Positions 1-11,774 are shown, counted from the first letter of the whole stretch. The stretch: DNA of 63,568 nt, filler included, from Octopus bimaculoides (GCF_001194135.2; 7 parts of 7 records of this genome joined end to end with filler, not necessarily neighbours in it); one strand, 5' to 3'. Made by a program: numbers and translations. Notes: generated by a model not told the origin, from the sequence alone.

Positions 1-47
<47 letters not shown>

Positions 48-60
48 CATATATATATTA

Positions 61-285
61 TATACGTATGTATGCATGTGTGTGTATATGTGTGTATGGG
101 TCTGTGTTTGTCTTCCCAACATCACTTAACCAATGCTGGTGTATTTACATCCCCGTAACATAGTGGTTCAGCAAAAGACACTGATAGAATAAGAACTAAG
201 CTTACAAAGAACAAGTCCGGGGGTCGATTTGATTGACTAAAGGCGGTGCTTCAGTTAAATGACTGAATCAAGTAAAAGAATACAT
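61..285 (+). mobile_element. SINE family A, 3' half
   Basis: Co-linear with the 3' half of the full copy at 31417-31803 (gtgtttgtc...gatagaataag...ggggtcgattt...aatgactgaa.caagtaaaagaa). Confidence 0.8.
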
Positions 286-295
286 ACATACATAT

Positions 296-636
296 ATGAT
301 GGGCTTCCACACAGTTTCCACCAATCAAATTCCCTCACAAGGCATTGGTTTGTCTGGAACCATAAGTAGAAGACACTTCCCCAAGAGGCTGCAAAGTGGG
401 GTTGCTGCTTGCTGCTTCATGCACTTGCTTGATGGGGCTGGGTGGGGGTCATTCTCGTTTAGTGGTCCCAGAGACATCATCTTGTGTAGAACTGACCAGG
501 TCCACCAGTGCTCTCCATCACTGGTGGTCCCATGCCAGCCCCTCTGCATCCTCCAAGGTGACATCGAACCTCTGCAGAGGCATAGTGAGATTGAACCAAA
601 AACCACTTGGTTGCAAAGCCAGCTTCTTAACCAAAC
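296..636 (-). mobile_element. SINE family A, 5' half, interrupted by an RTE fragment
   Basis: Reverse complement matches the family A head (ggttaagaagct.gctt..caacca..tggtt...ggttcaatc...gg.aagtgtcttctac). Insertion at 401-579. Confidence 0.7.
401..579 (-). mobile_element. 3' end fragment of an RTE-like LINE
   Basis: Decayed translation LQRFDVTLEDAEGLAWDHQ*WRALVDLVSS fits the RTE C-terminal A.DR..WR motif. It has a GCAA-rich tail and is flanked by an imperfect 10-bp duplication (gcaaagtggg 391-400; gcatagtgag 580-589). Confidence 0.6.
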
Positions 637-712
637 TGATCTAAGGTATGCTTGAAAAAATTTTTTTTTAAATAGGATGATCACAGCCAGAGCATGTTTC
701 ACAATAGGGCCC

Positions 713-1365
713 TTAACCTTTTCATTATGATGTCTCTGTTGAAATACTTTATGCCTGTTTCAATTAATTTTTGAGGAAGTGACATAGAGCCAGGAGTTGT
801 AATTTGTGGTACTTGAGAAGATGCATCAAGCTAAGTAAAATCACAGTCATCCAAACATACAGGCTTGTCCTTCACAGGTGCCGGTGCCACATGAAATGCA
901 CTCTAGCTGGTGCTGTATAAATACACCTGTGCCAGCAGCATGTAAAAGGCACCCAGCACACTATGTAAAATGGTCGACATTACGAAGGGCATCCAGCCAT
1001 AGAAACCACGCCACAACAGGCAATGGGAGTCTGAACAGCCCCCACCACTATCATTGGCTGGTCAGATCCTGCCAAACCGTCCAACCCATGCCAACATGGA
1101 AAACAGACATTAAACGATGATGAAGATGATGAGGAATGGCTACACACTCGAAGTGGTTGGCGTTAGGAAGGGCATCCAGCTGTAGAAACTCTGCCAGATC
1201 AGATTGGGGCCTGGTGCAGTCATCCGGTTTCACCAGTCCCCAGGGAAATCGTCCAACTCTGCTAGCATGGAAAGCGGACGTTAAACGATGATGATGATTG
1301 TCGTTAATATTCTGATGTTTCAAACATAAAACCAGAGGTGGTTTCAGGCAAGTTGAAAGGGTTAA
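713..1365. mobile_element. TTAA-flanked MITE (piggyBac-type ends) carrying nested SINE C copies
   Basis: Starts TTAAcctttt and ends gaaagggTTAA. SINE C sequence occupies ~870-1297. Confidence 0.55.
870..1297 (+). mobile_element. Two adjacent SINE family C copies (an older copy ~870-1130 and a younger 3' part ~1140-1297)
   Basis: Shared motif ggttggcgttaggaagggcatccagctgtagaaa and 3' end gcatggaaagcggacgttaaacgatgatgatg with a (GAT)n tail. Confidence 0.8.
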
Positions 1366-1465
1366 AAAAAACCTAACCAGAGGCTAAACAACAACAATTC
1401 TTTTTAATTTTGATGGTGGAAGAGGATTAGATGCAAAGGCTTTGGACACCAGTTTTTTTTTTTTC

Positions 1466-1595
1466 AGGCATGGCTCTGTGGTAAAAAGCTTGCTTCCCAA
1501 CCACATGGTTCCAGGCTCAGTACCACTGTGCAGAACCTTTGGCAACTATCTACCACTATAACCTCAGGCCAACTACAGTCAAAGAGTGGATGTGG
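1466..1595 (+). mobile_element. SINE family A, 5' part, running into a gap
   Basis: ggcatggctctgtggtaaaaagcttgcttcccaaccacatggttcc matches the family A head. Confidence 0.75.
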
Positions 1596-2298
1596 NNNNN
1601 NNNNNNNNNNNNNNNNNNNNNNNNNNNNNNNNNNNNNNNNNNNNNNNNNNNNNNNNNNNNNNNNNNNNNNNNNNNNNNNNNNNNNNNNNNNNNNNNNNNN
1701 NNNNNNNNNNNNNNNNNNNNNNNNNNNNNNNNNNNNNNNNNNNNNNNNNNNNNNNNNNNNNNNNNNNNNNNNNNNNNNNNNNNNNNNNNNNNNNNNNNNN
1801 NNNNNNNNNNNNNNNNNNNNNNNNNNNNNNNNNNNNNNNNNNNNNNNNNNNNNNNNNNNNNNNNNNNNNNNNNNNNNNNNNNNNNNNNNNNNNNNNNNNN
1901 NNNNNNNNNNNNNNNNNNNNNNNNNNNNNNNNNNNNNNNNNNNNNNNNNNNNNNNNNNNNNNNNNNNNNNNNNNNNNNNNNNNNNNNNNNNNNNNNNNNN
2001 NNNNNNNNNNNNNNNNNNNNNNNNNNNNNNNNNNNNNNNNNNNNNNNNNNNNNNNNNNNNNNNNNNNNNNNNNNNNNNNNNNNNNNNNNNNNNNNNNNNN
2101 NNNNNNNNNNNNNNNNNNNNNNNNNNNNNNNNNNNNNNNNNNNNNNNNNNNNNNNNNNNNNNNNNNNNNNNNNNNNNNNNNNNNNNNNNNNNNNNNNNNN
2201 NNNNNNNNNNNNNNNNNNNNNNNNNNNNNNNNATATACACATATACTACTTGATAAATTCTTATAGAGATTTTATCCTATTTTTAAATTAAACATACG

Positions 2299-2344
<46 letters not shown>

Positions 2345-2621
2345 CACACACACGCACACATTATGTGTGTGTGTGTGTGTGTGTAAAAAGGAAATTATCC
2401 AAAACAGTTGGAGCTGTAGGTTGCTATTTAGTGTCTGATCAATTACATCAGTGTCATAAGTCAAGTCCAACAACAACAACAACAGCATCAACAGCAACAA
2501 AAGGAATCGTAGCAATGGCAGCAGCAACAACAACAACATCAGCTTCCCCATCCATCTTCAAACAGATAAGCTATTATCCAGACAAGTGTGTATCAGAGGA
2601 TGTTCGTATTAAGAATCTTAC

Positions 2622-2713
2622 CCTTTCATGGAAAGCTCGGTACTGTCTATCAATCATATCACAGGTCTGCTCTGCCCAGTTGATGTACATCATCTCTTTG
2701 GTGGGTTTATGTG
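2622..2713 (-). CDS. MTFMT: Internal coding exon (92 nt, phase 1 to 0) of mitochondrial methionyl-tRNA formyltransferase
   Basis: Acceptor tttctgtaatgtAG and donor AGG|GTAAGA. Translation (A)HKPTKEMMYINWAEQTCDMIDRQYRAFHER matches the FMT motif YAxKxxKExxxIxW..QT...I.R.YRA that starts the C-terminal domain (human [31 protein letters not shown], recalled). Confidence 0.85.
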
Positions 2714-3121
2714 CTACATTACAGAAATTAGAAGATGGTGAAGAGGAGCAGTGTGGAGTACAACGCATAATCATTTCAATACGAACAAATAAAACAAAAG
2801 CAAAATGCAAATAAACAATCTGTATTATCTATATATATANNNNNNNNNNNNNNNNNNNNNNNNNNNNNNNNNNNNNNNNNNNNNNNNNNNNNNNNNNNNN
2901 NNNNNNNNNNNNNNNNNNNNNNNNNNNNNNNNNNNNNNNNNNNNNNNNNNNNNNNNNNNNNNNNNNNNNNNNNNNNNNNNNNNNNNNNNNNNNNNNNNNN
3001 NNNNNNNNNNNNNNNNNNNNNNNNNNNNNNNNNNNNNNNNNNNNNNNNNNNNNNNATATATATAGTGGTCCTTCAGTTTTTCCTAGTCCTGTAAGATAAC
3101 TTGGAAGGTCGGGCCTACAAA

Positions 3122-3321
3122 CCAGGGGTGCTGAAAAGTTCCTGGCTTTAAGGGTATCGCAAAAGGCCTGCTTGGAAGCCCAACCATCCAAGTTATTTAA
3201 AGGGCTTGGAAAAACTGAAGGACCACTGCAATAAGTGTGTGAATCTGAGAGGGAAATATGTTGAATAAAATCATTTTGTATTTCCCTTTACCCCAAAGCC
3301 AAGAACTTTTCAGCACCCTCT
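3122..3321 (+). mobile_element. Mariner-derived MITE (~200 bp)
   Basis: Terminal inverted repeats (TIRs) ggggtgctgaaaagttcctggcttt / aaagccaagaacttttcagcaccct. The internal remnant encodes the mariner C-terminus GLEKLKDHCNKCVNLRGKYVE*. Confidence 0.8.
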
Positions 3322-3497
3322 TATGCATATGGAAGAGCATAGGTTCAGAATATTAAAGACATCTTCCATTTTTCATGAGCATCAACCTAAATCACGCTGA
3401 TTGTTGTTCTTTCACCTCATCTTTGTGTTTTCTTTAGATACGTACATATATATGATATTTATCTATCTACCAATCTCTCTCTTTATATATATATATA

Positions 3498-4703
3498 TTG
3501 GGTCATCTCATAAATAATGTGGGTTTTTTTATACTTCTTTTATTTTTCAAAATTAAGATAAATTAAAGTTCCTTTTTAATCTAAAATACACTCTCCTTCA
3601 TTTCCTACAATGCTCTTCTATCCATCTGGTAGACTTGCAAGGCCCCTCTTCCAAAATTCACATGTCTGTGTTGAAAAAAAACTCCTCCAGTACTGTTCTG
3701 ACCTTGTCTACAGAATTGATATTTCTTCCATCCAAATGATTTTGAAGACTGTGGAATAAATGATAATCAGCTGGGGCAATGTCCAGCAAATATGGTGGGT
3801 GGGATACAGTTTCCCATGCAAACTGCTCCAGCCTTTGGAATGTCATCCTCACTGTATGTGGCCTGGCCAAGCATTATCCTGATGTAAGAACACCTTTCGT
3901 TTTGAAACCAAAGATGCTCATTTTTGTTCTGGTGCTGACTTCAGCCACTCAAGCTGCTCGCAGTAGATCTCCTTTGTTATCATAACCTGGGATGCTGGTG
4001 TTTCTCCTTTCCCTACCCACTGTCTTCGGCACTTGACATTTTTATAGAGAACCCATTTCTCATCATCAGTCAGTATTCATTCCAAAAAAGGTTCATTCAT
4101 GAGATACAACAGCAAAGAAGAGCACACATTCACTCTCTGCATGCAATTAGACCTGGAAAGTTTGTGAGGAACCCATTGACCAAATTTTCAGACTTTTCTG
4201 ATAGCATGCAGGTGTCAATGAATGGTTTAATGACCAAATCCAAGCATCTCTGCTATTTTCTCAACAGTTATGATGGGATTTTGTTCCACCAGGGTTTGCA
4301 GGACATCCTCGTTGATCTCTATAGATCTTCCAGGACAAGGCTCGTCTTCTAGGCTGTAGTTTCCAGCTTGGAATTTCTGGAACCCCCATTGACACTGGCT
4401 TACATTTATTGTCTGATCCCCATATACTGCATTAATATTCCTTGAACTTTCCATTGTATTGTTGCCTTTATTGAACTCATAAAGCAAAATATGCCAAATA
4501 TGCTTCTTTGTCACTTCTATTATAGCTTTGGAAAAATAACTGTTAAAATCGAACTGCACTCTTCAAAACTTGCACTAAGAATACGCACAAGGTAAAATTA
4601 CTACCTGCTTTTATAGCAAGTTGATGCAAGTAGTTTATCCTGACCCCCTCCAACTTTTAGTTCATGCAATTGAAAATATTGCATTGTTTATGGGATGACC
4701 CAC
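3498..4703 (-). mobile_element. Decayed mariner transposon with both TIRs (DD34D-type transposase pseudogene)
   Basis: TIRs ttgggtcatctcataaataatg / cattgtttatgggatgacccac, each flanked by TA. Motifs across frames: HILLYEFNKG (HTH), WVPHKL, TDDEKWVLY, HQDNA and HPPY..DIAPADYHLF. Contains stops, frameshifts and an internal deletion between RQWVGKGETP and ITKEIYCEQL. Confidence 0.92.
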
Positions 4704-4742
<39 letters not shown>

Positions 4743-6212
4743 NNNNNNNNNNNNNNNNNNNNNNNNNNNNNNNNNNNNNNNNNNNNNNNNNNNNNNNNNN
4801 NNNNNNNNNNNNNNNNNNNNNNNNNNNNNNNTGTATATCCATCCATATATGCATACATCTGTATATGTGAATATATTGTGTGTGTGTGTGTGTGTGTGCG
4901 TGTGCATGTGTGCGAAGAAAACTATTTTTAACAGCCACAAAGTTAAAGTCAGAAATAATAACATATAGAATTCTGGGTTGAAAAACTGCTTGGATGAAAA
5001 AAATAAATCAATGGATGACACACCATTCTTTATAGCTACTTAAAGTTCCACGATTAAGAATAATTTACTTCGTATCTCTCAAAATTTCTGAATTCTTAGA
5101 ATGTAAACACCTTACAATTCCCACTGCTAGGGACAAAGCTCCTAAAATTGATGGAAAAAATAACAAATGTTGCTTTGGTATAATGGTAGAACATCTGACA
5201 TGCATACAGAATATATAGGTTCATGTCCTTCGACTTTTTTTTCCATCCAAAGGATTTTTAAATCCAATATTCTTGTCTGTATTAGCTTTATTTACTCTGA
5301 GTTCCATCATCATAAATCATATAATTTTCTACCTGCTTCTAGAAGTTTCTAACTTTGTATATATAAGTGCCTTATGTCTTTTATCATTGCTTTTGTAGAT
5401 TCCCATGACACTCTGTCACCATCCAATTCCATTATTATAAATTTGAATTGTGAGCTTGAGTCATAATTAATCTTTCATTAGCTGATTACGCAACCATGGA
5501 TGCTGACCCTATGGATGTGTTGCAGTAACTCTTTTGATAGAGCTTGGTATCCTAACAATTGATCTCCTAGGATTCCTCAGTTCAGTATCAACATAAGATG
5601 CACAAATGGCTCAGCTGAACTCTTCTACTACCTCTTCACAATCTGCCATGCTGCAGTCTCATGACTTCACTATATCTCTGGCAGGATGGCTGAACAGGTG
5701 TTATGCCTTGCCAAAGGCCAGTTCATAAATATGCAAAGTATGGTCATCTTCCGTGAGGTACTTTCAAACACCCACATGACTATTATTTTCAAATACCTGC
5801 ATACCTTATAAAGAGCCTTATAAAGTTGAAACAATCACAGAAAACAAATTACTGATATTTGAAATCCTTCATAAGGAATGTTCTAAATGAGTTTTTTCAA
5901 AATTATATTTTTTACAAAACCTACTTATCAGATAATATTATCAAAACCTTCATGTATATACATATATAAATATATATATATATTACGGAGATGTACTTGC
6001 ATAGCAAGTGACCTGATCTGAGATTGTGTGCTGGAACGAAAACAATTGCAGCGTGGAAGGTGTTTATAAGCAATTTAAAATAACACACAAAATCCGTTAG
6101 ATTCACTTCAACATTTAAATTTAATTTGTCAAAATATTTTGTCAAAATATATATATATATATACACATACACATGTCTACTACTACTACTACTACTAGTA
6201 ATATATATGTTA

Positions 6213-6320
6213 GTGGAGGCACAGAGCTTAGTGGTTAGGATCTGGAACTCATGATTGTTAGAGTGTGGTTTTGATTTCTGGGCCAGGCAATGTATTGTGT
6301 TCTTGAGCAAGACACTTCAT
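6213..6320 (+). mobile_element. tRNA-derived SINE family D, 5' fragment
   Basis: A-box-like agcttagtggttag, a degenerate B box, then gtgttcttgagcaagacactt, shared with 47095-47245 and 50648-50810. Confidence 0.55.
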
Positions 6321-6321
6321 T

Positions 6322-6435
6322 AACTCCTCCAAGGAAGGAGGTTAAGTTATCACCGTCGTTGGTTTGTCCATTTGTGTGCAAAATAACTCAAAAAGTTGTG
6401 AACGGTATTCAATGAAACTTGCAGGAAAAGTTGGT
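6322..6435 (+). mobile_element. Probable Helentron-associated (HINE/DINE-1-like) 5' fragment
   Basis: Short hairpin ctcctccaaggaaggag followed by ttatcacc...gtttgtc...ataactcaaaaagttgtgaacgg...atgaaactt, a layout I associate with HINE-like elements. Confidence 0.4.
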
Positions 6436-6442
6436 TCAACTG

Positions 6443-6578
6443 GAACTTATTTCATTGACCCTGAAAGGATGAAAGGCAAAGTTGACCCCAGTGGCATTTG
6501 AACTCAGAACATAAAGATGGACAAAATGCTGCAAAGCATTTTGTTCAGCACAGTTATGATTCTGCCAGCTCACCGCCT
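6443..6578 (-). mobile_element. SINE family B, CpG-decayed copy
   Basis: Reverse complement ggcggtgagctggcagaatc...ttctgagttcaaat...ctttgcctttcatcctttcagggtc matches family B. Confidence 0.75.
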
Positions 6579-7916
6579 TATACCTGATGTACATATTGAC
6601 TTTTAGCCGGTGCCGATGGTGGCATTACCTGATGTCCAAGTAGTTAATCTATAGCAAGTGATTGAGCCTCTTCATCTTGATGGGCCAGTTTAGTAAATAA
6701 GCTAAAATTATAAGTATATCTTATATCAAAATATTTCTAGATTATCTAAAAGCATTGTATAGTACATCATTAATATACATACACACACACACACACATAT
6801 GTATATATACACACACACATAGAAGGAGATTAGTATAAAGCAAAGATTAAAAGATTATAAAAATCAACAGTCTGATTCTGAGAGCAAAATATTTGAATAT
6901 TTTAAGAATTCTAAGCAAATCCTACTTCCACAATATTTGGGATTTTGGTGTGTTTATTCTGAATTTTTTCCGCAAAGTAGGAAATAAAATATGAAAAATG
7001 AAACAGTATCTTGTTTGTGTGGGAGTCAATGTATGATATTCTCTAGGATTCATGAAAATTGAGATAGAATCTATTAATGAGACACACAGATATCAGAAGA
7101 TGAACTGAAGTTGAGGAGAGAGAGAGAGAGAGAGAGAGAGAGGAGGAAGCTACTACAAGGCATGCTCCAGTTGGTAGCCAGTATCAAGTGTGATGATTCT
7201 AATAATAAGGAAGACTAAGTTAACAACAGTGCAGTCCATTTCAACAGCAAGGAGGCATACCTTAACAATGGAACAACCCATTTTAACATGTCAGCACTCC
7301 TACCCACAAACAAAATAAATAAATATATAAATAAACCAAATTTAATTTCTCAAAATGTCACAGAGTACATATGGTGACCAGGCAGACAAGTGTGTAGTTG
7401 ACATGAAGAAGACACAATGTGTAGTTGTTAATGAAATAGATACAGCATGTATGTACCAGTAATTAAACACCAGTCTCCTAAATAACTATTTTTTTTAAGC
7501 AAATAAGGGAGCCTGTACAATTACTGCTTAACTTGCTAGAAACAGTAGTCAAATCTCTCTCAAATCACAACCCACTTTCGATAGTCTGAAAAAATAAAAA
7601 AGGATGGTTACAGCTACACTGCTTTCATTATATGCATACTTGATTAGAACTAACCAGGAACTAAAAACCGGTCAGTAGCTACCTTCTGTGTTCAGCCTAA
7701 TCTTTTAGCATTTAAACCGGCCATATCTGACCCAAATATATTCTATATGTATAGTGTTCAAACTTGACACACCAACCTTAACACTGTCATCCCAAAAAAT
7801 AAATAATTGCATCATCAAAACCCTAAAGCTACAAGATAAAGCCTGATTAATTAAAAAAAAACAATGTGAATGAATAATCTCAATGCCAAAGGATGAAATA
7901 AAATACACTGAAAAGT

Positions 7917-8431
7917 TTAACCCTTTTTTACCACATTTCTATTGAAATACACTACTTTTGCTTCGATTAATTTTGAAAATAATGAAGAATTTAGTAAAAC
8001 AATTTTGTTATTTTCTTTTTCCATCTGGTTTGCAAGATTCTTATTGTGAATTCACGTGTTGAAACAAATCTTGTGTCTAGAGTCATTATGCCTGCACTAG
8101 TTCAACTCCACTCCTTTATTATTATTCAATTGGTTAAACAGTAAGTCGTTTGTTTTGATTTTGTTTTTTTGTCAAAGTTCTTTCATTGCTTTTTGCAACC
8201 TTTACAGTGCAAAAAGCAACAAAAGTGCATTGTCAAAAAAAAAAACAAAAAAAAAACACTTTTAATAATATGGGTGTAATAATTCTCCCTAGACACAGCA
8301 AAATTTTGTCATTATTAAGCTGATATTTGGATCATGAATTTACATGATATTTTATGAAAGGTACTAATTTAGACCACTTTAAACATAAAGAATCAAGGCA
8401 GTTTCGGGCAGGTCGGTATCAAAATGGTTAA
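7917..8431. mobile_element. TTAA-flanked MITE with an internal ~290-bp insertion
   Basis: Ends are TTAAccctttttacc and ggtatcaaaatggTTAA. A duplicated aattttgt(t/c)att at ~8000 and ~8302 brackets an inserted segment. Confidence 0.55.
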
Positions 8432-8483
8432 GATGAAAGAATTATTAAAAATAAAAAGATCAATAAATAGAAAGTTTTATTAC

Positions 8484-8559
8484 CATAGGTGACATTTGCT
8501 TGTTCTTGCTCCTTCTCTTGGTCTTCGTGAAATGGAATTTGGGACAACGTATGCAGAAG
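8484..8559 (-). CDS. MTFMT: Preceding coding exon (76 nt, phase 0 to 1) of MTFMT
   Basis: Acceptor cctatatttcAG and donor TATG|GTAATA. Encodes LLHTLSQIPFHEDQEKEQEQANVTY(A) and splices in frame to 2622-2713, giving ...Q..VTYAHK, the conserved Q...xTYAxK junction of FMT proteins. Confidence 0.78.
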
Positions 8560-8631
8560 CTGAAATATAGGAGTACCAGGAATGAATGACTAACAACCTC
8601 TTAAATACAACATTTTAATGTCTACTTTCCC

Positions 8632-9175
8632 ATGATTGCATTCAGACAGAATTTGTTTGTCAATACTACCTGTGGAGATGAATTAGCAGATCTTTATAGG
8701 ATAATCTTAGATAAGATGAATCAATGGATTAAAGTAGTAGAAAAAAAAAAGACTAGAGCCCCTATAAAATCCTTGACTTGTAGAACATACCCATTTGAAA
8801 GAAGCCCCTATATAGATAGGAAGTGTATAGTGTGTAGATTAAACCCACAGATAAACTGTAAAACTAAGAATGTAGTCTACAGTATAAGATATACAGAGGG
8901 ATGGTGCAGAAACAGGATAACAACATACATTGAAGAGACAGCACATAGCATAGGTGAGTGAATAAGTGAACACTGGCACGAATTCAAAGAGGAGAAAAGT
9001 TCATCAGTGCTCTCTCAACATGCTCAATTAGAACATGGAGGCTCAGTTGACAACATAGATGTTAGGATTTTATTGAGACATAGACACGACACTCAGACAA
9101 ATTGCAGATGTCAAACACATAATAAAAGATAGACCAATCCTCAACAAAAAATGTGAATGGAGTAATAACAACCCC
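8632..9175 (+). pseudogene. Penelope-like element relic: linker, Cys motif and GIY-YIG endonuclease
   Basis: KCIVCRLNPQINCKTKNVVYSIRYTEGWCRNRITTYIEETAHSIGE*ISEH...SVLSQH...H, then after a frameshift RQIADVKHIIKDRPILNKKCE. This fits the PLE pattern NVVYxIxC..C...YIGET.R....R..EH...H...R.I.E...I....P.LN. Confidence 0.8.
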
Positions 9176-9789
9176 AACTCCACCACACTACACACCCTGA
9201 CAACTAAAAACTGAATGAAGAAAAAAAAATAAATGACATGGGTACTAACAATGCAATATACACACCTTTACACATGCACACAAGACATACATACACATAT
9301 AAAAGACAAAATGAGAAAAAGAAAAATAAATAAATAAATAAATGACACAGGTACAATGAGTGTAATATACAAACCCATATACACACATATGGGACACATA
9401 TACTAAACACACACCCACACAGTTGGAAATGCATACCACAGAAGGACAAACTGAAATAAACAGAACAAGAGAAGACACATGGGACAGAGAGCCACTGAAG
9501 AGGTCACAGAACATGTGATGAAAGAACTATCAAAGACATATAAGATAAAAATAATACACATAAAAACTAAAGTGAAAATCAAACAAATATGGTTAATTAT
9601 CATCCCCAAGTATAATAATAACTATTTCAGCACATGTTTTCACATCAAGAATCTTGCAAAACAATAACATAAATGTATGAATATATAAATATATGTGTGT
9701 GTGCTGATAACAACAAGAAGAAGGCATTTCTTTTCCATTCACCAAAGTGAATGGAGCTTTTGGTCAGGTGTAACTGATGTCATCAGTTG

Positions 9790-10165
9790 GTGTCCAATTA
9801 TAAATCAGACGTTTCAGCCTTAAGCCGTAATACCCTCCCATTGGTAGGTCAGCAGAGGTGGCCAAATCACTGTTTCTCATCTCTTCCTGGCCTCCAGCTT
9901 AACTCCTTTCTTTTGCTCCACAACCAGCAAGAGACTCTATCTGCTGCCTCTCCCATCCTGTGCTACCCTTCGCTCCTTTCTTTTCATTCCAATGGCTATA
10001 AACATCCTCCCTACCGACTGAGCAGGGAATCCCCTACAGCTAACACCAACTGGGAAAAGCCATTACTGTGTCACCCTTCTTGTTGCAGTCCTGCAGGAGG
10101 CTCTCATATTTGTCATGCTTCAATTCGTAGGCCTTATCACATACTTCTCCCTACAAGACTGTAAA
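9790..10165 (-). mobile_element. 3' fragment of a HERO-like non-LTR retrotransposon (restriction-like endonuclease C-terminus plus 3' UTR)
   Basis: Decayed translation AYELKHDKYESLLQDCNKKG...(V)GCRGFPAQSV...GEAADRVSCWLWSKRK fits the K..KY..L...C...GW...EVGCRGF...AAE.AS.WLW motif of HERO-type RLE elements. Confidence 0.7.
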
Positions 10166-10207
10166 CTTGATCAAGATTATTTATGACCACAGACATCTAT
10201 ATATATA

Positions 10208-11350
10208 TACAAGGGGGTACCCAAAAGTAACCAGAAACATTCTCTGGCGAGCTGGCAGAAACGTTAGCATGCCGGGCGAAATGCTTAGCGGTATTCCGTC
10301 TGCTGTTATGTTCTGCGTTCAAATTCCGCTGAGGTCGACTTTGCTTTTCATCCTTTCAGGGTCGATAAATTAAGTACCAGTTACGCGCTGGGTCGATGTA
10401 ATCGACTTAATCCCTTTGTCTGTCCTTGTTTGTCCCCTCTATGTTTAGCCCCTTGTAGGCAATAAAGAAATAAGAAACATTCTCTGTGGGACAAACCCAC
10501 TGCAGTTCAGGTTTCTGCAGCTAGAAGCCACTTGATGTAACCCTCAGGCATCAGTCTGCTGACCTGTGTCATCGGGTGAAGTCCTACTGCCACATGGCAC
10601 ATCTTTGTTTTGCAGTGCTTCTCCCCTGTTCATCAGTTTTTGCAATGACTGAAACAAAGGAACAGTGTGCTTCTATGAAATTCTGAAGAAAACAGTGGCC
10701 AAAACTGTTGTCATGCTTCAAACAGACTACAAGGATGTTAGCATGAGCAAAACACAAGTTTACAAGTGGTTGCCATGCCTTAGGAATGGTCACTTGTCGA
10801 TTGAAGACCAACCTCATTCAGGGCAACTGTCAACCTCCCAAATGAATGAAAACATCATGAAAATTCATGAACTGATCTTGGAGGGCCATCACCAAACAAC
10901 TGATGAACTTGTTGATATGACTGCTGCACCCCAGAGCCCCTACCAATGAACTTTGAGTGAGGGTTTGTGAATGAAAAGAGTTGCAGCAAAATTTGTGCCT
11001 TGCTTGCTCATGGAAGACCAAAAGTAGTCACAACTGAATGCGTGGTGTGAACTGAAAGAACAGTTGGAAGTTGATCCGGACCTTTTTTCGAAGGTCATCA
11101 CTGGTGATGGAAGCTGGTGCTACGGAATTTGCAGATGTGGAAAAGGTGAAGAAAAAAAAAATGAAAGGGGCATTAAAAGGCATCACTTTGCAAGAGTTCC
11201 AGGACTGCTTCAAACAGTGGAAAACACACCTGGACTGATGCATTGCTTCAAATGGAGAATACTTTGAATGCAATAAAAGTGTAAACATGTAAAACTAAGT
11301 GAATAAAATAATATTGCAAAATTCTGGTTTCTTTTGGGTACCCCGTTGTG
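10208..11350 (+). mobile_element. Internally deleted mariner element with both TIRs and a nested SINE
   Basis: TIRs tacaagggggtacccaaaagtaaccagaa / ttctggtttcttttgggtaccccgttgtg with TA flanks. Transposase remnants: SKTQVYKW...IEDQPHSGQLSTS, KRVAAKFVP, KVITGDGSWCYG, then a jump to the C-terminus (CIASNGEYFE). Confidence 0.9.
10247..10472 (+). mobile_element. Young SINE family B copy inserted into the mariner
   Basis: Flanked by a perfect 14-bp target-site duplication (TSD) agaaacattctctg (10233-10246 and 10473-10486). CpGs are largely retained. Confidence 0.88.
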
Positions 11351-11774
11351 TATACATTTCACATCCAAGTATCTATGACTCCTCTCTGAACAGATGAGTT
11401 GTAACAGCTGGCCATGCTTCAAAAAATATAAAACCAAATATATCTATATATACATAATATATACACATCATCATCGTTATCATCTACTTTTCCATGTGTC
11501 AGAACGATGAGGCAGATTTTCAACAGCTGGACGCTCACCTGTTTGCCAGATAGATAATATTTTCTCCTAGTCAATATATGTTTCTGTAGGCAACTACAAA
11601 CAAACAGCACTGCTTGTATGACAATGATATTTAGTTAAAACTAGTATGAGATGTCAAGATATAGGAAGTATAACATATACATTCACACACACACACACAT
11701 TTTTAAACTTTTATTTGTTTCAGTCTTTAGAATGCTACCATGCTGGGGCACCACCTTGAAGGATTTAGATCAGG

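Noticed and set aside
61-636. Apparent inversion of one SINE half between (TA)n tracts
   Set aside because: Two independent truncated copies explain it equally well, and the similar-looking case at 44436-45090 resolves into two separate copies.
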